From Zygnema circumcarinatum SAG 698-1b (taxonomy: Eukaryota; Plantae; Zygnematophyceae): 64,000 nt of DNA. The translations under genes were made by a program, and so were the position numbers. The stretch lies in the NCBI GenBank assembly GCA_037447605.1, contig CM074805.1, positions 1,769,361 to 1,833,360 on the forward strand. The letters run 5' to 3'. This document shows, piece by piece, positions 1 to 22,652 of the stretch (position 1 is its first letter; every line of letters begins with the position of its first letter). The notes beneath the pieces are model-generated. The model worked only from the letters and a program-made list of their open reading frames with translations. It was not told the origin of the DNA and did not search any database.

Positions 1-333
1 AATCTGAGGGGAGGGCTAAGCCTCCCCAACTCGTATATGTAGGCCCGCCCCTGGAATGGATAGGCAGTGAGTTGTGGGGCATCAATGCATCTGGCAGCGA
101 AGCAGCAATCACCACAGGCGGTTTTCATTTGGCTTTTGTCTCCATGGTCGCACTAGTGCATGCTCTCCAATGCTACGTCCCTGTTTCAAACACTAATGGT
201 CGAGGTTGCACAGCACAATGTTGAGTGGAAAGAGAATTTTGTTGCCATGGTGCTTTCTGGTGGATTTGGGGCGCTCATTGAGGCATTCAATACTGAGGCC
301 AGCTAAGAATGAGTTGGACTCTCATACGAACGG

Positions 334-357
334 TTCCTTGACTCATCTTCCGCGCAC
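334..357 (+). other. 3' end of a predicted U12-type AT-AC intron (branch point plus AC acceptor) in NHX
   Basis: TTCCTTGAC at 334-342, AC at 356-357, then C-CAG-TCA-GGA-TGG restoring (F)QSGW..KTFF in frame. The 5' splice site is upstream of the window. Confidence 0.75.
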
Positions 358-3300
358 CCAGTCAGGATGGGAACTTAAATCGGTGGGCTGCAATTTCAAA
401 ATGCTCCTTTAGAACAGTTCTGTGTGTTTTTGCTTTGCGTGAATGTTTTGAGCTTATGGGGCTGCTCCGTATGGTGATGGTAAAGCATGCACTGCATTAT
501 GGAGCTGACGTACGAGAGCTTGCATGCCCATCTTTTACTGTGGAAAAATAAATTCATGGAAATGTGTTTGCAGATACAACCTCTAGTTGATTTCAGAATT
601 GTAAATCAGCTTATTGGACGAAGAATTAAAGTTGTATTTGTGCAAAAGCTAGGTCTGTTTATGAAAACTAGTGGTTTACCTTTTAGACCCTGGCCATGAC
701 ACAGAAAGTGGCTTTTGGTCTAAGAGCGACTCTTGATTGGTGATTCTGGTTTTCCATTGTTTCTAGAAGGAAAAAATACCTAACTATACTCCTTGGCTTC
801 AACATGCTCCCATTGATGCATTGAGAGGGATTAATTGAGACTCCACAACTCTCGTCGCTGTCACAGAAAACCTTCTTCAGAAACTTTGGTGCAATCTGTT
901 CCTTCGCCTTTGGTGGAACTCTCATTTCAACGTTCATCATTGGCTTTATGATGTGAGTCAGAAAAAATCGCGATCACTGTATTTGTGAAGGCGCAGGTCG
1001 CATGTGCAGGCGTTTCTCAAGCATAATATTGCTTTGGATGATTGCGTACTGAAGGGAAAACCCAGCAACAGAGTTCCCGAATTTCTTCACTTCCCAGCAC
1101 TTTTGAGCAATCCCACTGCACTTCACAATCTATTGTCAAGTCAAGTGCAGTGGGATTGACTGTCAGCAACTTTCAATAATGCCCAAAATCTGCTTTTGTT
1201 GCAGGTACGGAGTGGGGCAGCTTCATTGGGCCCATCAGATGCCCATCCTCGTCTGCTTGACCTTCGGAGCTTTGATTTCAGCCACAGATCCCGTCACAGT
1301 GCTGGCCATATTCCATGTAAGTTTGAGCTTGCTCTACCCCATGGAATCCGTGTCCAAACATGAGCTGGACGTGAGTGGTTGAACGTTAGAATGAACCCAG
1401 CATGGGATAATCTTCTGCTGATTGAAGCAGTCAGTGGACCTGCCAATGGTTGGTTCCAGGAATTGGGAGTTGACGCCAACCTCTATGCATACGTATTCGG
1501 AGAGTCGGTGCTTAACGATGCGGTAACAGACCGAATCATTCAGACATTTGCTTCAATCTTCATGACGACGCTTGCATGCACTGAAACATGTCATACTGGC
1601 TCGCGTGCCTCGGATGCATGGTCACACCTTTGGACATCTTGAGACGTTCAATAAGACAAAGATACGCAGCGGAGAACAAGAGAGTGAATCTAACATGTGC
1701 CTTATGTTTCTGATTTGTGTTTGTGATTTTTTTCGGCCACGCATGCTTGCCTCTCTGGTAATCCTTCAAGGTTGCCATTGTTTTGTATAGGTAAGCACAT
1801 GACACCCCAGTGCGGCTGTATTTCCTATGAAGAAAACTGTCAGTATTGTCAAAGGCTTAGAAACAGATAAGTTATCTGCCACGTGCACCCCACTCTCTCT
1901 TGACAACACTCCACTGTTTTACAGAACTATTCTTTCCTTCATCAACAATCCGATCAGTAATCGTGGCATCCTTGCGGCTGTTTGGTTTTTCATCGTCATT
2001 TTTCTGGGATCATTCTCCATTGGTAATCTCACTTCTTGTTGCTTGTTGCCCTTACTCTCCTGTCAGAAGCCAAAATAAAAATACTTTTATGCGAGTTTCT
2101 GATGCATTTCGAGTACAGGTTCAATGCCGTTGCATGCCCCCCCTCGTATTGCAGAGCCACTAGTGGGAAATATGGATTTTCACAATAATATGCTTTGGGG
2201 CGACAGGTGTAATTGTGGGCTTGTTGAGCGCACTGCTTGTGAAGTATGGAGGTCTACACGATCAGAGGTACTCCATAGCCCAAAAGTGGAACACATACTC
2301 CATCATCTAAAAAGCACTTAAGCCATGCCATTTTCTGAACTTCGAATGTAGGTCCTCAGTATCCAATTGTGAAAATCTCTCCATCATCTTTGGACCCCTT
2401 AAAGGGTTGCCTACGCCTGACGCTATTACCTCTTCAAAGACCTCATGCTTAACAGTAGGTGATGCTGCTGAGGGTTCGAGTTTAGTTGGAAGGCGAGGAG
2501 GTAGACCTTTTGTCATAGCAGATTGGGTCGTTAGCAAAATACATGACAATATATGGCCACTGAAAGGTTCAGACATCGGCTGGATGTGCAGCACCAGTCT
2601 CCTGCAGTCTTGTCTCGTGGTTTTATTCCCCTACATGGCCTACATGGCGGCAGATGCGCTCGAGCTGTCAGGCATTGTGGCTATACTGTTTACAGGCATT
2701 GTGAGTATTTCCATACATTGTATGCGGCATTCTGTTAAGGGGGAGACGCCGAGCGTTTCCTTGAAAATGCTGCACTGTATTTGTGAAAAAAAAGTGTCTA
2801 CACAGCAGGCAAGACGAGCTGAGCTGAACGCGTTAAGAGACTGATTTGTGCTCGCAGACTATGAGATATTACACAGCTCCTAACCTGTCGGACGAAGCGC
2901 GAGAAATCACCGGAAGCTTCTTTGGAATGCTTGCGAAACTGTCAGAGACCTTTGTGTAAGCAGTCTATGCCTCCAGGAATGATTTTAAAGAGACTCAGTA
3001 GTTGTATGATGGTCGCATGCCATGTTGGAGAGGTGGGCTATTTCTGGAATTGCATCTCTTCAGATGCGGGTTTCAGATTTCTACAGCTTCAGCCTGCAAT
3101 CATTCTTGTAACCTAAAGGGGAAGTTGAAGCTTGGAAACAAGGAGGGGCATTGGATTGTCGCAGGTTTATCTACATGGGGGTAGCCATGTTCTTGGAGGA
3201 GCAGAGTTGGAGGGATTACAGCTTCACCCTCTTCACTGTTGTATCCTTCTCCACTTCCCCCGCTTACAGTTCTAGGGGGTGCTGAAGGCGGGGCAATAGA

Positions 3301-5580
3301 GACATTAAGGGGGGAAGGCAAATGCAGGGAAAGTGGGAAAAGGAAAATTCTGGTAGAGGATGCTATTGTTGTTACATTGCAGAGCTATTTCCCTCTTTGA
3401 TCTGATCCGATCTCGATGCCTGCATCTCCCACCTCCATTCCGTGATTGTATTTTGAGAAAAATCCCGACTTCATGAAATTAATCCTTGACTTGTCGTACT
3501 TTTTTTGCCCGAAAAAAGTTAAGCGTTTTAGTTGCCAGGTGAGCCCTTACGCTCTCTCCCACAAGACACGCCGCAGACATTCTCTGCGTATCAGCCTTTT
3601 TGCTATTCATGAAAATGAGCTGTAATCTAAGTCTTAGAAGAAAAATTGCGACCGAGTGGCTAACCCAGGCCAAGGCCAATGGTTGCAGATTATTCAACAT
3701 ATATCCACTAGCGTTCCTTGTAAACAAATGGAGACCTGCAGACCGCCGAATTCCCTTAAGCCATCAACATGCGCTGTGGTTTGGAGGTGAGCCGACGAAG
3801 CCCACAAGTCCGCCTTTACAGGCAGGTGTTTGCGGCGAAGGGACTTTAAATAAAGAAAAAGAGAAACCGTAAAAGCTCGAACTAAAAAATGAAAATACTC
3901 GTTTTTTTTTTTTTTTTTTTTTTACTCTTTTATACTCTTTTATTCTCTTTTTTTGTATTCCACGTTGATGCTATGCAGGGCTTCGCGGGGCGATGGCATT
4001 CGCATTGGCGCTGCAGTCCGTCGCCGACCTCCCCAACAACTATGGCCGCATAATGCTAACCTCGACCCTGTTCACTATAGTTTTTACGGTACGCCAAAAC
4101 GTTCGAACAAATGCTGCTTTTCTTCAGCATTAAACTCACAATCACATCCGTCTTTTAACTATGCTCTGCTCTCAGGTTCTTTGCTTGTGTCATAAGGACT
4201 CCTGGTATGTGCACTCTCTCACGAAACTTTTGTTTAATGTCAATGTTTGCAACATGCCACGCTATACACTGCTCCGGGTATGCTCGCCACTCAGGTCTTC
4301 ACTGTGGGCGGGGCCACATCGTACATTCTCAAAGTTCTGAGAATCGAGTGCAACGGTCCAGGACATGACCAGGATCAGGTATTTCTTTTCTCTCTAGCAA
4401 TTCAAAGTTCCTTCGTATAGTCTTTTCTTATAGCGGCTCCTTTCTCTTTTGTACAATGATGGTGACGCACTCGTCCTGAGTTCAATGCCATTTCATCGGT
4501 TTCACGATGCATACCTTATTCGGCGATTTGCTTCTTGTCATTTACAGGCCCCTGATGAGGAGCCACAAGTCCGTGCAGAGGTATGTGCAGACAAACCTCA
4601 TTTAGCGACATGCTCCGCTGCTTTGTAAGGAGAAGTAGGAGAAGCTGGCTGCCAGGAGGCACTTATTCTGGTTCTCAGATGCTATGTTATGTATCGCAAG
4701 ATTTGTTTGACTAAGCTACTTATTCCTTTCTTTTGTCCCGGGCATGAATTATGATGGAAGGTTTGCTGATATTCCGTCGGCTCCCACCTTTCATGTTCAG
4801 GAGCTGGACGCAGAGGAACGGCAGGATCCATTTGCACGGCAAAAGCTTAACACGAAACTAAAGAAGAAGCTTGTGAAGTTGAAGGAACAGTAAGCTTGCT
4901 CCCTCTCACGCCTACGATGGTTGGCAGACTTTGAAAAAAGCACAATTGTCTGTTAAAAAAAAAAAGATCTTTTCTCGTGGAGGTAATGTGATAAGAAGTT
5001 GATTGCCACACTTTCTGAACTCTTTGGGCATATCCTGATCGTTTATCTACTTATTAGCTCGGAGAATTTTGGTCCTTCTTTGGCCATGCAGAGCTTCATT
5101 TGCGTCCATAGACCAAAACTTTTTGACCCCGATTTTCGGATCTGCCAAACCGGTGGAAACTGGAGACGGCGCCACAGCGCCGGGCAAACGTGAGTTTGTT
5201 TCCCCCTTTTTTTCCAGAACACGGCGCCTTAATGCTCGTTTGTTTCCCTTTCCTTAATGAGCATCCCGAACTATACTTACTGTCATGTCGCATTCATGGC
5301 ATTAAAAAAAAACTTCCCTGAGGTTTCGAAATGCACCCTCTTTCATTGGCATATGAAGAAAGTTAACTGCAATTGTTGACCGGAGTCAAGGATGAGCTTA
5401 CAAGAACTGTCTATTTGAACCTCTCCGTCTCGTTTTTTTTCAGCCGTTCTTCACGTGAAGAAACGAGAAGTGGAGATGTTGCCGATTGGCTGCCTCGCGC
5501 TGGAGGCCGTCCCCGACACCGTCTCTCTTTTGGGCCGCGCCGGGGAAGGACTCAGCCGACGGCCGAGCGCGGCCGCCTGA
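358..5580 (+). CDS. NHX5/6: Endosomal/Golgi Na+(K+)/H+ exchanger, NHX5/6 (NHE8-like) class; 5'-partial, start lies upstream of the window
   Basis: Phase-consistent exons: 358-382, 867-952, 1205-1316, 1460-1522, 1771-1790, 1925-2022, 2207-2267, 2592-2700, 2858-2955, 3165-3240, 3519-3538, 3689-3786, 3979-4088, 4295-4378, 4548-4580, ~4801-4890, ~5091-5189, ~5444-5580. CPA1 motifs [65 protein letters not shown] and C-terminal [13 protein letters not shown]. Last exons are less certain. Confidence 0.93.
3241..3518 (+). other. U12-type GT-AG intron in NHX
   Basis: 5' site GTATCCTTCT at 3241; TCCTTGAC branch motif at 3483-3490; AAG acceptor at 3516-3518. Splicing yields FTLFTV-LSVLVAR, colinear with plant NHX5/6 FILFSI-LFIGVAR. 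Confidence 0.8.
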
Positions 5581-6656
5581 CGAGGCTGAGGCATGGGCGA
5601 CTAACCAAGGCAGTAGGCCAACGGGTGTACTACAGCTGACCATTTTTCGACGAGTTTGAGGTCAGTTGGGAGCAAGCAATTTGCTAGTCCAATGTTGTAA
5701 AGCGGTCCCCTATGAGCCACAGCCATAGGTCATGCCATCCACATCAATTCACTATGATTTAGATTTTTTTTTTTTTTTTTTTATGATTTAGTTAGCTCTT
5801 GAGACTCGAGACTTTGAGATGTTGTAGGCGCTGAGACCCATCGGCGTTACCAGGCACGGCGGTTCTATGGAGGCGATGCTTAGGTTGTTCCAGTTCAATT
5901 CTAGCGACCAACACTCTCCCATTAGGATAAGGGGTCTCAAACTTGTCACTCCGCAGTGGGCTTTAGTTTTGTGGCATAGTTTTTACTCTGCGTAGCCAGC
6001 ATTAGCTTGCTTTCAACTTTTGTAAATTCATTTTTGCAAAACCACGTGGGGAATTCCCTACGCTCTTGCGTTTTGTGTTGTGCTGAAGCCCTAAACGGCC
6101 CATGTACCTCTGTATCTCAGAATGCCCAAATCACTATCTCTGAAGAAGAAGATGTGGCATGAGATGCGATTATATCTCGGTCACTCGAAGGGGTCTGTTC
6201 TGTTGTGCATTGCCGGAGGGTAACGGCGCGAAAACTTGGCACATAATTTGCGCCTCATTTCGTGACGAGAGGACGTCCTCGGCATCGTGGAAAACTTCGC
6301 CCAGAAGGACTTGGTTTTGAGGACGTGAATACATTTGGAAATATTGTGGGAGTCGAATACAACCACGGCTCTCGGTTCATCTCTGTAGTTTTTACATTCT
6401 AACCTTCACTTTTGAATCACATGAACACACTTATTGATTCACTTTGACCCAAAGCATGTCAACGCACAAAGCTGCTCTCCCTTCCTCTCCCTTTTTCCTC
6501 TCTCCACACAAGGAGACGCAAATACCATTCCTTCCATTGGCACAAAACAAGGAGCAACCGCCGCTCCCTTTCCCATTAGTCGCACTACGCCGTGTCGCCT
6601 CCCACAGTCCTACCGGGGGGGGGGCTGCCTGCCCCATCATCCCACCTTTCCTGGAG

Positions 6657-10646
<3,990 letters not shown>

Positions 10647-10972
10647 TCACCCACTTTATGCCTCTCCGCCTGCTCGGCCTCTTGACCTCCTCGGCGCCGG
10701 CCTCTGCACTCCTGCTCGCTTGCGAGCGGACGGCTCAAAGAAGAAGAGCGCGCTGGGGTCAGGCTGGACGAAAGCAGGAGGAGGAGCAGAGGGAGAGAGG
10801 CGAGTGAGAGCACGGAGCACTGCGCGGGAGGCAGCGGCGAGCCCGAGCCAGCGCCATGGCGGCCTCGTCTCGCCGCTCCTCGCCTCGCCTCGGTGCAGGG
10901 AGGGAGGGAGGGAGGAGGCGCAGACAGAAAGCGCGGGAAGCGGCCGAGCGCGAATAGACCTGCACAGACCTT

Positions 10973-11350
10973 CCATTGGATCAACTGTTGGTACGATTGC
11001 CAACCATTGGTACAAAAGGTCAAAGCAACCATTGCCAGTGCATTCAATGGTTGGCAATCATTGGCAATGGTTGCCGGCTGGCAACCCAACCAACCATTGG
11101 CAATACCGGTTGTTGCAATTAGGGATAGGGTACTTGTTTGAACCAACCATTGCAATGGTTGCAACCCGTTGGACTCATCATTAATTGCGGCCAGTGGTTG
11201 CCAACCATTGCCGTCGAGCCAACGGTCGCAACCATTGGACTCCAAGGGTTGCCAGAAACCATTGGACCGAATCAATCATTGGATACCAATGGCAACCAAC
11301 CATTCATTGGTGGTTGGCCATCCAATGGTCGGCCATGGTTGCCGATCCCA
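10973..11350. repeat. Degenerate two-orientation array of CAACCATTG/CAATGGTTG motifs upstream of MSI1
   Basis: Ten CCAAT/ATTGG pentamers in about 380 bp, plus a perfect 18-bp palindrome CAACCATTGCAATGGTTG at 11144-11161. Confidence 0.8.
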
Positions 11351-12033
11351 TGGTCCGACCTGTGCAGACCAAGACCTCGCTCAAAAGAGCATTTCTGAAG
11401 TCCTGTTCCTTAAGGAAAGCGTTGCATCCCCTCCGACATTGTCTTTAAAACTTAAAATTCTATGTGGGGCGTCGCAAGAATCTATATTGCTTCTGCTCTG
11501 ACAACCCTTTGGGACACGCATTGTAGATTTGGGCACTTTTTCGATGTTGTTTTGAAAGGTTTGAGGGGTGAAAAAACGACTCACATGACTCGGGGACTCA
11601 CATGATGATGATGACCATTTGATTTCTAAAAAGAAAAAAAACAAAAAATCTAAAGTAATTTCTCGTCCACTCCCTCACTCTCTGCGGTACTCGCCTTCTC
11701 CCAAATGCGCAACATGCTTCATGCCAAACCCTAAATCGGAGAATACTGCACGCTGCGCTGGTTCTCGATTAGCTAAAGATTAAAGATTCGATTCAACTAT
11801 TGAATAAACAACAAGGTACAGCGGATGATATTACATGCCTTCTCGACCTAAGCCGAGCAGGCCGCCTACAGGCCTTACCTGTCTATGTCTCAAGCCCCAA
11901 GTCCTACTTTTGGAGCTAAAATTGAAATTCGAACACAGCAACCTTTTCCATGTTGACTCACACAGCGGCGTATCTTTGCAGTCTTTGGGTGCCTTGCGAG
12001 GCGAGCGCTGAAACCCTTTCTTCGCACCAATCA

Positions 12034-19355
<7,322 letters not shown>

Positions 19356-19902
19356 CTTCAAAATATAAGGGCTGCTGCAGCTCCTTCTGACTGCCCTCCA
19401 AACTGTCCTCTGACCAATTCTTTATCTTAAGCATTGCTGAGATGGGCCTCATGTGCAGCGACGTGGCGCCATGGGGACCATCTGCGCCTCCTTCATGAGA
19501 AGCTTCCGTTGCACATTGCTTTTTGAAATCACATCCGCCGCGGGAATAACGAGGATTTAGGGTTGGGCGGCCGGTGGGACAAGGGGCTGCTTCATGCGCC
19601 TCTCGTCTCTTCAGCAGTAACTAAAAAAGATAGTTCGTAACTATAGTTAATGTGTCTTGAAGGTAGTCAGGATAGACTCTGTGATCCGGCCTTTCATGGC
19701 ATGACTTTCTCTCTTCGCTGTGCTTACATGTAGTAGGGATTGGAGGCCGGTCTATTGCTACATTTTTTCTGGTAAAATGCGACCTTTTCCAGTACCATTC
19801 CAACGGCGAAGACCTTTTGTATTGAAGTCCATGGCTTAAAGCGGAACTGTGTGGCTCGCAGGTGTTCATTAGGTGCTCTGTTTTGTTTTGCACGCTACAG
19901 AA
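19356..19902. promoter_or_regulatory. Putative bidirectional promoter shared by TrpRS and uL15m
   Basis: 547 bp between divergent ATGs; telobox-like TTTAGGGTT at 19556-19564. Confidence 0.5.
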
Positions 19903-21721
19903 ATGATGCGGCAAGAAGGGAAAGCTTTTTGGAAGCATTCAAGCAGGGCTTTTTCTTTATTACAAGAAGTTTGGAAATGCAGTGGTCAGAGTGGGAAATG
20001 CCATGCAGAAAGTGGTCAGCTCTCTATCCTTACCAGTACATGCATCCCAACTTTGAGACCGGCATCGTCAAGCTCTCTTGGAAAAACCTGCCAGTCGGAG
20101 CCAAGCTTGTCAACGAGCGGAGTACAATCTCCTATAAAGGATGTGGCACAATTCAGCAGTACACCCGAATGCTTTCGTCAAGGGGAATATGAAATTCCTG
20201 GGCTTGGCAGACGAGAGTCCACATCTGGACGTAACTCAAAGACAGGCTTACCAGTTGGCAGTTCTGATGGCGCAACAACCTCTCATTTTAGAGAAGCTGG
20301 AGGCCTTAGGCTCTTCTTCAATTTCATCAGAGGTCCCGGCATCTCTGACAGTGCCAATTTTTCGTCTTTCCCTCAGACTTTTATTGTTAGGAGAAAGTTT
20401 TCGGCCTGCTCACATTTGGCCCGACTGGCTTCAGAAGCCTTTGCAGCTGCATCTGTCATTCCCACGGGTGGATTTTTTGCTTTAAATAATCTCCGGGATA
20501 ATCCAGGATCGCGACAGCAGAAGACGCGCTTGGGAAGGGGCATTGGTTCAGGAAAAGGCAAAACAGCAGGACGAGGACACAAAGGACAGAAGGCACGCAA
20601 TGGCAACAAACCCCGCCTTGGGTTTGAAGGTGGACAGACTCCTCTTCGACTCACCCTTCCCAAGCGAGGGTTCCATAATCCATTCAGTCTTTCGTTCCAG
20701 GTGATCAGTTCACTTTTGCCAGCAGATATCAGTTTACCGCTGTAGGGTCTTTCGGTGATCTTGACTCATTCTAGCGGTCAGCATGCCAAGTCTTGACACT
20801 TCAAGACTTTGATGTCGTTCAGAAGAGAGTAGATATCAAGGATATTAGGAACCAAGACACAAGAAGGATGAACGTGCTCGGTGCTTGACTGTCATTGAAG
20901 TGTGGCTTGTTGACGTGCAGGAAGTGAATTTGAATACTATTGCACGGAAAATCAGTGAGGGGCATATTGATGGAAGCCAGCTCATCACCATGAAGACTCT
21001 CAAAGTTGGTGTTTTCAGCTCAGTTTTACATTCCAGCATTGAGTATATTTTTTTCACGTTTCCATGGTTTGAGCTGTTCTCAAAACAGGCCATAGATGTT
21101 GTACTGTAGTGGTGGTAATGGGCCACCATTTCCCTCTGCAGGATGCAGGGGCTACAGGAAAGGCCATGCGCGATGGTGTGAAGCTTCTTGCGAGGGGATC
21201 TGAAAATATTTCTCTTCCACTCCACATCGAGGTTTGTCCTGCCATTTCTGGCCCTACTGTCCACCTCATTTACTTTTTTACCATTCTTGCTTGCACGGAC
21301 TGCAATCCCTTGCTCCTCCTACCGGGTCCCCCTCTCTGTAAATGCATCCTATAGCTTGTTCATGTTTTGACTTCTGATCATTCAAACGTGTTCACTTGAT
21401 TTTGAGTTAACGAGGAAAACCGTGAATCAGGATGATAAACTAAGTTTCTTCCAATGCCATGGCTGGGATTCTCAGGTCAGCAGAGTCTCCAAGCGAGCCA
21501 AGGACGCCATTGAAGCAGCAGGCGGAAGTGTGACCCGAGTGCACTACAACAAGCTGGGCCTCCGCGCTCTGCTCAAGCCCGAATGGTTTGTCAAGAAGGG
21601 CCGCCTTCTGCCTCGGCCTGCCCGCCCCCCTCCTCGCCTTCGGGCGGCTGTAGACGCAGTGGGGAGGCTGCCAGCACCCACGACTCCTCTCCCTCCGCCA
21701 GTGGAAGCGAGCTCGGGGTAG
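19903..21721 (+). CDS. RPL15: Mitochondrial ribosomal protein uL15 (nuclear-encoded) with long N-terminal extension
   Basis: Exons 19903-20700, 20921-21004, 21142-21231, 21476-21721. Motifs [60 protein letters not shown], and the C-terminal [23 protein letters not shown] typical of plant mitochondrial L15. Confidence 0.93.
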
Positions 21722-22652
21722 GGCACAGCACCAGGGGCGCCGCCATAGTAAGAAATAGGCACGGCCTCAGTGGGTGACTCTCAAATGCAGAGCTCTAATT
21801 GAGAAGTGCTTTCCAATCTTGAAGTTTTACAATCTGCTGTTGGGTCCTAATGTATTCTCTCCTTTCTCCTCACTTCTCTGCTTGGCGCGTTCTTTTCCTT
21901 TTTCTAAAGGATGAGGACGAAATGCAGTGAAGAAAGCTGTTTTTTTGACTTTATCCCATGTGCACTAAGGAACAGCTCGTTGCCAGAATTTTTTTTTGGC
22001 ACGTCGTGCTTCGCTTGGTACAAAAGATTGGTAACTGCTTCGTGGTAGGCCTCACTGGAGTGTGTCGGAGGGATGATGTCTAAGAATGTTTTAGGGGATA
22101 GGACTTTCACTTTGCCCAAGTACACTACTTAAGAATGGAAACGCCGTTAACTAAAGGACCAAGAATCAATTGAGACGGAGAGGCGACTTTCATCTTGCCA
22201 CAAGTAAAACGAAACAAAATAAATGAATGCAACTAGTGCAACTGCAAGCTTACCTTAAGAATGCTAACCTTGGCCTTGACCTATGAAAGGAAGAAGGGAT
22301 CGTTGCAGGAGACGGTCTATGTGCTAAAATTAACTCAACCCTATCAGTGGCGTCATCTGTCACCCTCCGGTCCTGAACTAGAGCCGCATCTCTCTTGCAT
22401 TCTACCAAATAAGGTGTGCCTGAGATCCTGTGATGGCTCCGCCGTGTCATCGACGACTCCTGCAAGCAGCCATGGATACAACTGGCTTAAAAGCTTGAAA
22501 AATCTGGTGAGAGAATGTACTGTGCTCACACATGTGCCAAGAGGAAACTAAGGAAACACAGCAAACTGAGCAAAAACTTTCATCGCCCTTTCAAAAGTTC
22601 ATTTGCTCTGACTTTTTGGAAGAACAGCACTGGAAGGCAAGGTGCGATATGC

